A stretch of 64,000 nucleotides of DNA. Source: Vicugna vicugna. Lineage: Eukaryota. The notes under the pieces were generated by a model. It was not told the origin of the DNA. It was given only the letters and a program-made list of their open reading frames with translations, and searched no databases. Every line of letters starts with the position of its first letter. Position 1 is the first letter of the stretch. The stretch covers positions 1,565,102 through 1,629,101 of the forward strand of contig MU057724.1 in NCBI GenBank assembly GCA_013265495.1, given 5' to 3'. Of the stretch, positions 1 through 13,699 are shown in pieces. A program made the translations under genes and the position numbers.

Positions 1-285
1 AAAAGCCATCACAGAGGGATGAGAGGCGGTGGCTGCGAGGGGCGAGCCCTTCCCGCTGCTCCGGGCTGGAGCCGGGAGGCAGAGCTGCGCCTTCGGAAAC
101 TGGGCATTGCGGCCGGCGGTCACGGCGCTCCTCCCTGGGTCCAACCCGGGGTCCACCCATCACAGACGCCACTGTGTCAGACCCCACAGCGGCCGCTTTC
201 CCGTCTGCACAAAACAACTTGGTCTCTGCAACTCCAAATGACAAACTTTGTCCAGAGAAGACAAAGAATGATATATTGGATGTAA

Positions 286-378
286 CACTCACAAATGCAC
301 ACACGCTCACATGTGCGCACACTCACATGTACACACTCGCATGCATGCACACTTGCACGTGCACACACATGTACAACA
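286..378. repeat. Degenerate CA/CATG low-complexity repeat
   Basis: cacacgctcacatgtgcgcacactcacatgtacacac...; similar tracts at 34230-34330, 36400-36470 and 58528-58562. Confidence 0.8.
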
Positions 379-699
379 CTGCCCTCCAGGGTTGGTCTAG
401 CACATAACGAAGGCGGTGGAGGCGGGAAGGCTTGTAGAAAGAAGAGCGGGGGTGGGAACTGGGGCGGACGGGGCGCTGGAGGCGGGAGGAGGGAGAGGCA
501 GTGACCAGGACGTGGACAGGGGTCTATGACAAGGTCTTTCTCTCCGGGAGAAGGGCACGCGTCACTCATTCCAGGCTCGCTCGGGCAAAGCACAAGTAGA
601 CACCTTCTTACGACTGTGGATACGCGCTGATGAGGGCACCGAGTTCAGCGTGAACCAAATAATAACACTAAAGCCACCAAATGCCACGGAAGTGCTCGG

Positions 700-880
700 C
701 GCTTCACGTGCATTTAGCCATTTTGATCCTCACAACTACGCTGCGAGGCAGGTAGTATAAGTGCGCACATCGTTTAAACGGGGAAACTGGGACAGAGAGG
801 TTAAGTAACCTGCTCAGTGTCACACCGCATGGAAAGGCTGGACCAGGCTCAGTGCAGGTGGAGATCCAGCAGCCTGCGTG
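700..880 (-). mobile_element. MIR SINE fragment
   Basis: gaaactgggacagagaggttaagtaacctgctcagtgtcacac is the reverse complement of the MIR core. Confidence 0.8.
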
Positions 881-2364
881 GTGGCCCCGAGCCAGCCCCA
901 AAGGACAAGCGAGCAGACAGCTGACCGGTGAGTCCTGACCTAGAAAGGCGGGAGCAAGGCCTTCCCAGGTCTGGAAACCAGACTGGGCGCCCCGCACGGA
1001 GAAGCCGGGCCCAGGGCCACAGAGCTAACCCCAGTAAATCCGCGCCACAGACGAGGCGCTGCTCCCGCCCCTGAAGGCCGCCCCTCCTCCCCTCAGCGCC
1101 TGCCTTCCTGGCCCGGGAAGCCCAGCAGGTCACAGCCAGGTCGTCCTCAGTCACCTGACGCCCACTTCCAGCTCTTAGAAGTGAGTGCTCTGGTGGATGA
1201 ACGACCCAAGCTCTGTTTTCCCTCCTCCAGAGTTTCTTAACTTCTTTTGAACCATCCCCCTCGTTTGAATTTTCACCACAAGTAAAACGGGTTTAGCACA
1301 GACAGTTCTCAGCACAGCCTTCCCGCCGCCACCCGCCAGACGTGCGCCTGCGTGCCCGTCTGGGACCTGGGTAACCGGGCGGGACGGAGACGGCCTTCTG
1401 TTGGGAGGCCGCCTGCTGCACGGAACCAGCTGAACTCAGGGCCAGAGACGGGGAGGGGGGTTAAAACTGCGCACGCTTGACTCAACATCACAGCTACTGG
1501 GACGCTGCCGACAAATCACACAGGGACATCTCTCATCAGCAGAAGCTGTGGTTTGTACTCCACAGGAAGTAAAGTAATTGACAAATCCTGATTTTTGCAT
1601 TTAAACATTTTACATCAGCAATTCACACTAAGTGCTTCGGAAGGAACGCATCACCCCTCCCAGCGCGGCCGCCCTGAGGCCCCGCTGATCTCGGCCGTGC
1701 ATTTCCCCCAGCGCCTCCCGGGAATAAATCGCCCCAATTCTGGACTCGCCCGGGGACGCCCTGTAAGTCGAATGCTTTCTGCTGGACTTCAATCTCACTC
1801 ACGGCGGGTATTTGTATTCGCTAGTAATGAATGTGAAAAACGCCCAGGAGGACATTTTTGTCCCCAGCAGGGGAATAGAACAACCCAAAGAGCTCTATGA
1901 GATTATAATGCAGACGGCCCTAAGTGTTTTGTCCATATGATTTGACAAATTTTCTAAGAAAATTTTTTCCAAAAAAAAAACTTACTACTTTAAGTCTATT
2001 CAGAACAGTATGGTACTTTGCGACTGGTTTGTCTGATTTATGTCATGGTGTCATGGCTTCAGTCCCGTCAGGTAAAGAGGGGCTTAGCTTTGATTTTCAC
2101 TCTCTTCTCAATGTGATGGCGTAGCAAGTCTGCCCTCGCCTAGAACCTCGTTTTCACCAGGCTGTGGAGAATCCTGGCGTTTTCAGGCATCTGTCACAAG
2201 TGGGTAAATGTAAATGATCACTTGAAAGGGTCTGAAATCTGTTTAAATCACTTCAAAGAATTTAAACCTATATGCATGAGTAGCTATTTCTTGGTATGTT
2301 GAAAGCAGGAGCTCATCACCATCGTCACTGAAAGCTTATTCACATACCGCCTCCCTAGATAATT

Positions 2365-3250
2365 TCATCTGTGCCCGCGGCTTCAGTGCCCATCTCCGTG
2401 CGGAAGGCAGACAGACTGCATCTGCAGATTTACCTCTGAGATCTACAGCCACACACCTGACACCTTCTTAAATGCCCGCTGGACGCCTGCGAGGAACCTC
2501 ACACCCCGTGCGCCCGAAGCCCAAGGCGTCGCCTGCCCCCAGCGCACCTGCTCTCCTCCGCTGTGAGCGGCTCAGTCAGCAGAGCCACAGGCAGCAGCGC
2601 GTGTGAGTGAGAAGCAGCGCTGACACCCCCTCGGCCCTCCCTGCACCACAGTTACTACAGATCACTTCGACTTTGCCTCCGAATACCTCCCGAGCGCACC
2701 CCGATGCCCTCTCATCCGGCCTCCCTCACTAGACCAGACTGCGCCGCCCGGGACTGCGAGACCAGGACCGCCCACTGGTCTGCCTGCGTCCGTCAGCTCT
2801 GCCTGCTGTGCAGACACCTCTTCGAGCTCTTCAGGCTTTGGACGGATATGGATGAAGGTAAAATTCTTCCCCAGAGCCCCGTCCCCTCACGATCCTGCCT
2901 GAAGACGCTTCTGCAGCCCCCCACCCCACTCTCCTTCACCGGCTCCAGCCGGCTCCCCATCGCTCGTATTTGCTGCATTCCTGCACACCCAGTCTTTGCA
3001 CAGGTGTCTTCCCAGCTTGATGACCTTTCTCTCCACATCTGCCTGGTGAACCGCTACCCAGGTTTTGGATCTCTGGGTCCCGGCTGTCTTACTTCCTCCA
3101 GGAAGCCCTCCCTGAGCCCCTTGTGGAGGCCCCACCCCAGCCCCGCCAGCAGTGCAAGGTGCAGTTGGACAGCACTCAAGTGACTCTCTGACCAGGTCTG
3201 TCTTCCCTAGCCAGATCCTGCGCCCACGAGACAGAGACCACAGTGGGTTT
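2365..3250 (+). mobile_element. Decayed L2 LINE fragment (GC-shifted)
   Basis: Recognisable L2 motifs (ggcttcagtgcccatctccgtgcggaag..., acttcctccaggaagccctccctga); boundaries approximate. Confidence 0.6.
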
Positions 3251-6200
3251 AAGCGCATCCCCACATCCCACGGCCCCACCGCCAGCTTCACAGGCAGCGA
3301 CTCGGCACAGAGCTGACCACGGAGACAGTGAGTGACCAGCAATACATTCGCACAAGCTTTCCCTCGGCAAACAGGAACTCCCAGCACATGAGGCGGGCTC
3401 ACGAACCCTAACAAAAGCTCTGAATGAACACGGCTCAGCGTCCAGCAAGGGCGTCACCTGTCCTGAGGGAGAACCACCGAGCGCCGCCTGGCCTGACCTT
3501 TGTGAGGCCTGTGATCACGCACGTTCAGCTGTGTTTCCTGCGACCTCGCAGACTCGCTGGGCCCCAGGAGCCCAGCGGAGATGGCGCAAACCCTCCTGGC
3601 GTCCTCCGGATCACTCTCAGCCCGAGGCAACGTCCTGGACTCACCGGCGTCTGCTTTACCGGGGAAAATGCTTCCTTACACAACCACCCCAGGTCTCAGG
3701 CCACCAAGACGAGGGCACAAGTCTCCCCAGGCTCTGACACACGGAGCAGCACGGGTGGCCAAGAACGCCAACAAAGACGGCGGGGCGGGAAGGGTCCTGG
3801 GGTGGGACGCTGCTGGGGTCGATCCACCCTCGTCCTGACCTCACTGGGCCCTCAAACCAGCGCACCGAGCGGTGCCTGGCGTCACCCTGGCGACCGCTGT
3901 GAACCATCGGAGCAGAGACCAGGCGAGAACACGCTCTTCATCCGTATCCAGCTGCACAGTCAGGACAGGATCCAAGCTCGGTGCCCCAGCCTGTTTGTAA
4001 AGAGGAGCTACTTCCATTTCCTCAAAAGCCTTGAGATCACAAAGAAACCAGGAGAGCTCCCGGCAGAGGGAAATCGCGTCGTGTGTGTCTGTAAAACAGA
4101 AGCTAAGGAAATAAGGATGGGGAGCAGGCAGCCGAGGGCATGTCTAAAGTAAGGGCTCGAGGAGCCGGGGGAGGGAGCCCAGGGGGGCAGCTGACTTGGG
4201 GACCACCGTGTTCTGAGCCTGCGTCCACATCCACGTGCTGGTGTGACCCCAACTCTCCACACAAGTCAGATGCCATCAAAACAAGCGTTTTCTGGCTTCA
4301 GTGCACAACAGCAAGTAAGAATAATCTGTCAGAGCAATAAATTATTCATACAATTTAGGAGTTAATTAAGCGTCCGAATGGAGATCTTTATTTCAGAGCA
4401 CAGTAAATTGTTCTCACTGATTTAAAAAAAAACCAGACTAAATTATCATAATCCATTAGGTTTAAGAGAAGAGCTTTCTAGTATCCTGTCTGCATGCTGT
4501 GCTGAAGTCTGCACCGGGGCATTCTACCAACACGCACCATACACAGGACTGTATTTATCCTGAAGAAGTGAACACCAGTTAAACATCACACTGTGCAAGT
4601 CTGACTCCTCCAGGAGCTGCTTCAGTCCTAAAAGTTATAGGAGTCATGGGAAAAGTCATGCCTCTGAAACAGCTTCGGCTCAGCCCGCTGAGAGCTGGAA
4701 CGGGCCTTCGCCCTGTCACCTCAAGCCTGTACGTCTCACCTGAACTGCAACAGCAGCAGCCACCCTGCCACGGCCGCAGCACAGACAACAGGTGTGAACG
4801 GTCCACCTGGACCAGCCTCCCACGCTGGGTCATCTGACAACGCTCGCAGAAAGCGTGCTGTTACGCCGTCCCCTTGCCAGGGTCACTAATGTGTCCCCAG
4901 CGTCTCCGGCTGGAATGCAGGTTTCCCAAGATCCAGTGCCCAGGGTGACCGCCCTCCTCCCTCACAGGGGCTAACCGTCCTCCAGCCAAATTTCCACCTG
5001 CCTGTCTCTGAGTCTCCCCCGACCCTGCTTCTTCCTGCGATGTCTAATGTCGGAAACGTTTCCGCTGCACTTAGACTCCACTCACGTGGTACTTTCTCCA
5101 CTAAGAGCGAGACGGTCGCTCACGTCGGAGGCGACTTCCCTCGGCCACGCCCCTTCGGCGTGTTGAACCCTGGGAGCTTTCCTGAGTGCCTGGGACGTGT
5201 GAGACGAGAGCCCTGACCTGCTCGGAGACGAGAGTCTGGGAGGAGGTAAGAGACAAGAAGTCAGTGCCCACATCTCGCAGGACGTGTGTGCTGGTAACGG
5301 TGTGCAGGAGGGGCCCCGGCGTGTAACGGAGCTCAGCCAGACCTAAGGGTCAAGGCTGATCAGAGAATAGGGTCTTCAGCCGACTTTGGTGGACACGCTG
5401 TACTTACTTAGACGCAAAAGAGCAGAGGCAGTTTAGGAAGTGGGGAGACAGGCGCACGGGAGCCCAGAGGCGCGAAGCCCGGGGCCCCTTCACGGGACAG
5501 GAGGGGTGGGCCGGAGGCGGGAAGCCCACGGGGCTCCGGGAAGGTCACTCACGTCCTTCCTGCTCAACAGGGAGGTTCCAACAGATGTAAAGAAATGGAC
5601 TTTCTCCAAGAAATGTTCGTTTTAAAAACATCATTCTGGTGGCCATGTGAACAAAAGACTGCACATTAGCTCCAGAGAGAGAGAGAGAAGTGAGGTTGGC
5701 GGCTCTAACTCAGGGTGATTCTGCCCACGGCCGGCGGGGAAGGTGTGGGGAAGCTGCTGTTTGTCACAGCCAGGGCCGCCGGTGCATCTCGAGGGAGGAG
5801 GCCAGAAGGTCACTCAACGTCCCCCGAGGCAAGGGAGGCCCAACCGCCCAGCGCGTCCAGGAGGCAGAACTCTGAGCTGCAGCCTGCTCTGACCTTTAAG
5901 CAGGAAGAGCAGCGGTGACTTTGGGTCAGCGTGTGGACCACAGACCGTGGAAGAGCCGCCCGGGGGAAACAACAGGAGGGGGTGCAACTTAAAGGCGCTG
6001 GAGAAGAAGAGGGAGAACCCAAGAAGCAAACCGAGGAAGGCTGCCCAGCGGGGAGGGCGGGCGGGCGGCGTCCCGGGAGCCTCGCGGTGGCCTGTGTTCT
6101 CCGCAGGGTGAGAGGCGTGAGGGGACAGAAGGGCACACTCTGAGCCGTCGTCACAGCAGGAGGGGTTTGGGGAATGGGCGTCATCAGGACCGGGGAGGAC

Positions 6201-6799
6201 AGACGGTGGTGGAGGAAGGGGCAGCACAAGGCATGTGACACAGGGACAGCCCCCTGTCACCCACCACCCATCACCCAGGCCTTTTCGGGACGGAAGTGTG
6301 GCCTGGGGCACAGGGGCCCAACTCCCTCCTGACTCAGCCCCGACCTGTTCTCTGCAAGGCGGAGTGAACAGCGCCCCCCGTCAGGGTGATGACCTTGCAG
6401 ATCACACGCAGAAGTCGCCCGGCGCCCCCCCTGAGAGATGGCAGGCGTCCCACTGGAGGGCGAGGGCAGAGGAGGCTGAGGAAACCCACGCACCTCGCCC
6501 CCGAGGCAAGGGCTCCCCTGTCCGGCACACAGTGGGGCCCAGAGCCCCCGAGAGCAGCGGCTGACGTGGACCGGCGTGGGGACCCTGGGGCGGAGCTCTG
6601 TGAAAACCTGGAGGGGACAACCTGGTTTGGTGCTGAGGCCACAGCAAGGCCTCCCCCGCCTGCTTCCAAATCCACACACGGGACCGTCCTCCTCACACTT
6701 ATTGGCAGAGGCCGGCCCGGGACTGGAGAGCACACTTAACGCCACGTCACAGCCAGGCTGTGTGAGGGGATGGCGGGCTGGCTGCGGACAGGGCAGAGA

Positions 6800-7232
6800 C
6801 GTTCCCCAGTCCCACGCATACTGCTCCCCGCACGGCAGGCAAATGAATCCCAGGATGAGGTGCTGGGGACAAGGAGTGGTGGCTTTATTCAGAAATCCAG
6901 CAGACCAAGAGGAGGGTGGACCAGGGTCCCAAAGAGTCGTCTTGCCTGAGTTAGACTTCAGGCCTCTTTCATACTAAGCGGGGAGGGAATACAGTCAGAC
7001 ATCTCCTGGTTCTCATCAGCTGCTGGAGGGGGCTCATGTCTTCCTCCCTGCAGTCATTCCCCGGTGGCCTCGGCAGGAGGTGTCCTGGGAGCTGAACAGA
7101 GGTGTTTAGCGTAACCTCATTGCTTGGCAGGTGGGGCTCCTGGAGATGGGCCGTATGTCCCGCTTGATCACTAGGCAACGTCCCTTTAGTGATTAACAAG
7201 CAACAGATACCAGGGCTCAAGTAAAAGAAACA
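6800..7232 (-). mobile_element. Solo ERV1-type LTR (cetartiodactyl family)
   Basis: Resembles a recalled cetartiodactyl ERV1 LTR (ggctttattcagaaatccagcagaccaagaggagggtggaccagggtcccaaagag...cttgcctgagttagacttcaggc). Minus-strand AATAAA at 6884-6889; ends in ...aaca. Confidence 0.7.
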
Positions 7233-8569
7233 GGCCCAGTGTGGAGTCGGGTTTGCCCTTCCCTGTTGCAGAAGGAGCAGGTGGGCCGGCCTCCGCCGCG
7301 GGCCACACGGGGTGACTCTGGCCCAGGGACATCAAGCACCAGCCCACGGAGCCCTCTCCCCGTCCTGTGGGGAGGGCAGGGGGAAGGCACCGCCCCCTCG
7401 CGCACACACTGACCTTGAGGACGAGCGTTAGAGGAACCGGCGGCGAGCAGCAGAAGCGCCCACTCCCAGGGGATGGTGTCGCTGCGTCTCCTCCAGGCCT
7501 GGACGCTGAGGTCCCGTCACCCAGCCAAGGGACTTGCTAAACTACTTTAGCTAAATTTAAAATGAAGGGGGAAATGACATGATCTCTTACTTCCTTCACG
7601 CGCGGTGACTTTACGGCTTTGTCGCAGGGGACAACATTCATCCGCTCAGACGGCCCCTCCCGAGACCTGTCCCATGGACTCTCCCAAGTGGGGCTTTCTG
7701 TGCAGTTCACACGTCTACTGAAGCTTTGAAAATGGACAAAGTATAGAGCACTTCAGGCCAAAGCAGCCTAACGTGGGACTCTCGGAGCTCACGCCTCGAA
7801 GAAAAGAGAACAGCAGAGCTGCACCAGCGCGGGCAGAGACCCGTGGCGGGACAGGAGGGCTGCACCACCGGCCACATGAGACCAAGGTGGGAGAGAACCC
7901 GGACAGGACACGAACCGGGACTCCTGGGACGTGCGACGGCACGGTCGGACGTCAGACAGCAAGGGCCGGAGCCGGGAGGGGGAAAGAGCCCGGCGTGTGC
8001 GGTCGGGGCCCTCCAGGCAGGTCTGTCTGTGAGCAGAGCGCAGACAAAGGACGGCGTGGGCGGGGGGGTCCCACCTGCTGTGGAATGAGCGCCTCCTGCC
8101 ACGCAGCCTCCAGAGCTGCACGCGAAGGACCTCCCTTTTGTAGCAGCGTCAGGAAGTTGAAATCTGTCAAACAGAGTGGACTCCAGGGTACAGGGAGATG
8201 AGCAGGTGGCAGGGGCGGCAAAGGGGTCCCGACGGGGGCTGACGTCCGAGGGGCTCCTGGCCACACAAGGCTGTGCACCCTGCCCGGTGCTCAGCGGAAA
8301 GCGGGGGACTGGTGGGGAGAAGGCTCTGAAGACGGAGCAGTGAGGAACGCACAGGAGGCCAGCATTCCCCAGGGCCCGGCTGGGGCCTTATGCCCGAGCC
8401 CTGCCCACTGGGGAGCCGCGTCCCTGCTCCCCTGTGAACGTCACTGGGACTCCCCTCGGGGGGGGGGGGGGACACGGCCGAGAAGCTGGGACCAGAAAAG
8501 GCCTTAGTTCTCACACCAGTACGACTTCACTGCCTTCTTATGACCAGAGACAAGCAGGGCACTGACCAC

Positions 8570-9071
8570 TGTACCAACGCGAATGAGAAACTCTGCAGCC
8601 AGACCAGCAAAGAATGCTGCGGCCACCAGGCCATCAGCCGCTTCCGCCACCCCCGACAGGGAGCGGAGGGAGCTCAGGATGGGGACAGGCAGCAGCCCGG
8701 CAGCTGCAGCCCCCCCAGCAGTGCCCCCTGAGGGGGCTCAGGGTGGGGAAGAACAGGACACGCCCTCCACAGCTAGGCGCCCATCAGAGGAGTGATTTCA
8801 ATGAGCCCAGACGGTTGCACCTTCCCATACGCACAAAAGGGCTAAATTCCTTAACTTGTGACATCAGGTTTTCTTTAATCAACAGTCACCTTTTGATGTT
8901 CTGACTACCTGGTCCCTGCGGCACAACTCCTGTGCCTCCTGGCTCCTCCCAGGCCCCTTCGGGGAAGTTTCTCAGACCCATCTGGCAGGCTGCCACCCTG
9001 GCTTCAAGTCCTCAAAGTCTGCCGCACAAACACAGCTCTCAACTTGCAGGCTGTGCATTTCTCAGGCGACA
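8570..9071 (+). mobile_element. Solo MER41-like ERV1 LTR
   Basis: TG...CA ends, imperfect 4-bp TSD ccac/ccag, internal gatttcaatgagcccaga...cttcccata...ctaaattccttaactt typical of MER41_BT-like LTRs. Confidence 0.75.
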
Positions 9072-11559
9072 CCAGTAACAAAACGCTTCACAAGGAAACA
9101 AGGAGGTGGTAGTAAAAGTTACTCCAACAGCAATACAGGCCACCAGATGCACAACATTTTAAAACGTGCCGTAAATGCACTTGTTCAGTAAGGAGGAGTG
9201 GTGCGCTCTGGGTGACCCGCCACGGACGCAGCCTCCTTTTGCTTTAAATCGGCTGGAGAAACTCAAATTCACTTTCTAAACACGTACACTGCAAACGTCA
9301 GACGGCAGTGTGCTCCTACCAACTCTCCCAACTCTAAAATTCCACAGTTCTCGAAACGTCCTTCTGGGCTGGGACACACCCTCAGCTGAACCATTAAACC
9401 CAATTTCTAGCCGCGGCTGATGGCCTCCGGGGGGTTTACAGCCTGCGGGGAACTAGAAACGTCTCTGACCAAAGCTTCCCGTAAACAGCCACTGTTTCTC
9501 TGTGCCCATAGCTAGGGTTTTATTTTATATTTCAGTTCCAGATTGAAGCCTTTACAGATTACAGGAGCCCTGTCAGCCATGAATAGACCGGCTTACAGTC
9601 ACTGAGCAGGAGCGCAGGGCTGGGAGCCTCCCCGAGAAAGGCGGTTGTGGCTAAAATCCTGGGTGTGTGAGTATTGCTTTGAGAATCAATTGCTTCCATC
9701 TCGGTTGGAAGCATAAGAAATAAATAGAGTTGATGAGCCTTGAACACATGGAAGATGACAGTACAGGAAAAGACACAAAGACAAAACGACAGCAGGAGTT
9801 GTATGAACTAGTTAATGAACAAAACTGCAAAGAGATGTCATCGTTCAACCAGCAAATGTGAAATGTTTCCAAATTAGAACCCTCCTTCCCTTCCTGTTAA
9901 GCCATTAACTTTACAGCAGGAGACAAAGTGTCAGGTTTCTACGTATGGAACGTCACTGGCCCAAGCTTCCCAAATGCAAAATCTATGACCTTCTTAAGTA
10001 TGTTCAGTATTATATTCTAAAAATTCACGTGCCACGTTTCGATGTGTGGGGTTTTTTGTTTGCTTTTTGTTTTTGTTATTTATCCTGCTTGGTGTCCTAC
10101 GTACATAGAGGGGGAAACGTACAAAAAAATTGCACAGACTGACACAAAAATTGTGGCTGTCCTGCCATCGTATTTCTATAGTTTCTCCCTCTTTCCTCAC
10201 TCGAAATTTCATGAGATGTCAAAGTGCTCGCTTGGCGCAAATCTTCATGTTAACACAGACACGTAATAGTTTTTTGAAACCTCTGAGTAATGGTTTAAGC
10301 CACTTGGATGTGAAACTCAATTCAGAATCACAATGAAGGTATAGTAAGTCATATTCTTTTCAATAATAAAATAATCAAAAGGACATACATTCAGCTTTAG
10401 GGACATTTTCTTTCTATTTCTGACTCAGAAAGGATATCATTAAAGCTTTCTCTGAAAAAAAATATGTAATTTTAAAGAGCAAATTTTATATTTATAAAAA
10501 TCCTTCTGAGATGAAAAGCAGGATTCCACGGTTCAGATCAAAGAGCCCAGTCTTACTTCTTCTATTCGACTGATGTGCGATGTGCCCGGTGCCCAGAGGA
10601 GCCCCGAGTGTGGAAACACCGCACAGACACTTCTGATTAGAAATACGAGTCCAGGAGGAAGCTGACTTCCGCTTGGCCCTCTGAGCAGGTAAACTGGCAT
10701 TTAAGCCTGAGCCTCTGTGAGGATCTTGGCTTTGACAGACATAAATTACAGTCTTTCCAAGAATATACTTTCATTTATATTTTGCCTTCAGAGTAAAAGG
10801 ATTGACAGTCAGAAAACCCATGATGATCAATCAGCAGCATTTTTTCATGGCTCATCCTTTTAGTTCAAATTGACATTCTATCCCGGTCTGTTTCTGCACA
10901 AAGTCAGGTTTAAAATATCAGCATTCCCTAGAGGTTACAGTATTATCCTCATTTGCCAAAATGAGGTGGGAACACAAGGAAATGACAGAATCTTCTCGAG
11001 TCGCACAGCCACCTGGTCCCTGGCCCGGCCATCCTGTGAGTCCCTGCTCGGTAGTAATGCCACCAGGGCGGCTTTAACTGTTTCACGACACAAGGGGTCA
11101 CCTGATCTGCATAAATTGTGTGTTAAATAGATGCTCAGGGCCCTGAAAAAGGCAAAGTGCCTCCAAGGCCCTGCTGCAAAACCAAAGCTTGAGGAAGGCA
11201 GGAACCAGACGCTGTCAGGGCCGCGGGGCTTCATACCGTCAACTCTTATTCACCATTTATTCTGATGATCAAAAAGCTCTAATTATCCGGCTTTTATTTT
11301 GTACTAGCATTTTCTGCCCTTTCCTCTCTTTGAAGAAAAACTACAAAAATAACTAGAACAATATTAGGAAGTCCCTTCACTCCAGTGTGACCTTCCATGA
11401 CTAAGTCTCCACTCTGGGTGAGCATTACCACTTGCTTGGGGAACCTTTATTTTTCAAAGTTTATAAGTATATATTTACATATTCATATATGCAAATACAC
11501 ACACACTGGTTGCAAGTGCATTACAGTGTTAATACTTGGAATTATGGCTGATTTGATCT

Positions 11560-11720
11560 TTTTTAATTGAAGTATACAGTTGATTTACAGTGTTGCATTC
11601 ATTTCTAAAACACAACGCAGATGAACTTATTTACAAAAGAGAAACAGACTCAGACACAGAAAACGCACTTATGGTTACGGGGGAGGGGAGAGGGATAAGT
11701 TAGCTCAGGATGAGCAGAGA
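11560..11720 (-). mobile_element. Short L1 3'-end insertion with 5' inversion (twin-priming structure)
   Basis: Minus-strand L1 tail (11560-11606) abuts a plus-oriented L1 3'UTR segment (11607-~11718); tctttttt flanks both sides. Confidence 0.7.
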
Positions 11721-13699
11721 ACTTCTTTTTCAATGTGGATGCGAGACACTCAGTCTGAGAGACTCTGGTGTAAGTTGGTGGGGGTGGGGGACACGGTCAT
11801 CCTTACTTCTCACGAATTCTCCGGGTGACTCTTAAAACAGCTCCCGTGGAAACCCACTGCCCTGCCCCAGTAAATACGCTCCCACAGTGCACCCGCGAAG
11901 CGCTAAGTACAGTAGAGCACGTCCTGGAGCAAGGGTCCTTGTGTAGCGGGCCGAGCGCTGCGACCGCACCCGGACCAGCCCAGGACCAGCCGCCCACGGA
12001 GGTCACACACGCTGCTGCTCGGGGAGCGGAGGCGCCACCCGACGCGGGCTTGGCTGCGCCTCGCGCGGCTTCGAAGTCTTGGTCCGAGCTGCTGTGCCAG
12101 AGCAGCGGCTTTGCTGCTACTGACAGGTTAGTGCAAAATAAAGCTCATCGCGGGAGCTTGGCGCGGCGCGGCGCGGCGCAGCGCAGGTGAGCGCTGATGC
12201 AATCATCCGTGCCGCTGCTCCTTGTGTGTTTCCTCCAGGGACAACTTCCCACGAACTTGGCCTCTGCCCGCCTGGTGGCCAGCTTCCACCGAGCCTCACG
12301 GGGAGAACCGAGGGGCCCGCCGCCCCTGGTCTGCCACACGCCAAGACGGCACCTCCTGGGTCCCCGGAAACGAACGGCTAACGGCAAAGGGCTGCTTCCT
12401 TCTCCACCCGACGCCTTCACCGGCGAGCACAAAAGCCGGAGAAGCGTGCTTTGGGCTTCGACGCCGCTGGCTTCGCAGGCTGTCCCGTGGGGCACGCTGG
12501 GCTCCCCACCCGTCTCCACTGCAGACACGTTTCTCAGCGCCGCTCCTGCCCGCCCGACAGCGTGTCTCGTTTGGGTTTTGTCGTCGGCGCCCTCCGCACG
12601 CGACCCTCTGTAAGCACGAGCGAGAACAAGGGCCCAGCTTCGCTGCTAGAGGAGCGAGCGCCCCCGCGGGCTCACGGAAGCCGAGGCGCGGGGCGGGGGC
12701 CCGGGGCCCCGCCCCCGGTGAGCGCGCGGCTCCCTGAGACCCGGCCCCCGCGAGACGGCGCAGGGCGCCAGCGGGCGGGCCACGCCGCCCGTCGGCTGCA
12801 ACTGGGTGGTGCGGCCGGTTCACAGCGACAGGCCACCCGGCACTGGCACCGTGGCGGAACACGGTAGAACGGCTTCGTTTTCGCCGTGAACGCTCACGGG
12901 AGGGAACGTGAGAAAGAGACCAGTGACGGGCAAACGGCCTAAGTCACAGGGAAAACCAGCCTCACTCAGGGTGGCGCGCACCGGGGAGGGAAAGGAGGTG
13001 ACCGGCGGGTCAGCGGACCAGCACCTTGAGAACGGGGGCGTCTGCTTTCCTCCCGGAGGGGGCACAGAGCAGCTGGTTGCAAATGAGGGAGAAAGTGGCT
13101 GAGGTAAACCCGACAGAGCCGCAAAGAGTGGCCCAGGAGGAGAAGCAACAGCGCAGAAAGCCCCCGCGTGGCAGCTGCAGGTGTCACATCATGAAGGGAG
13201 GCCCCGTCGGGGGAGAGGGGGCGGGAGGAAGGCCAGTGCAGACGATGGAAGAGACGAGAAAGAGAGGATGGCGTCAGGGCTCAGTGTGGAGTGTTTTATA
13301 AACAGAAATGGAAATTCTGGAACACGAAGCCGGTTTGAAAGAAGAAATGTTGAAATAAGACTTGATGGTTCTTTTTTGTGGAGAAGAAATACAAGAAACA
13401 ATGTCATTAGTAATTTTAATACTGAGTTTTTAGGATAAACACAGAAAGATATAAAAATGAACGGCGAGTACGTACAATGAAGGCTAATGTAAAGGTGACG
13501 TCTCAGCCCCAGGACGATCAGGAGCTTTTGGAGAAACGGAGGACAACGAGGAAGGAGGGAGATGGCGGAGGAGCTGCCCACGAGGGACAGTAGCGGCAGG
13601 GGCCTGAGTTCATCAGGAAACGCGAACCAAGAGCTTAGTCGCAGCAACAGCAAATGTCACGTGCTGAAAGGTCAGTTCAGTAAACAACATGCAGAGATT

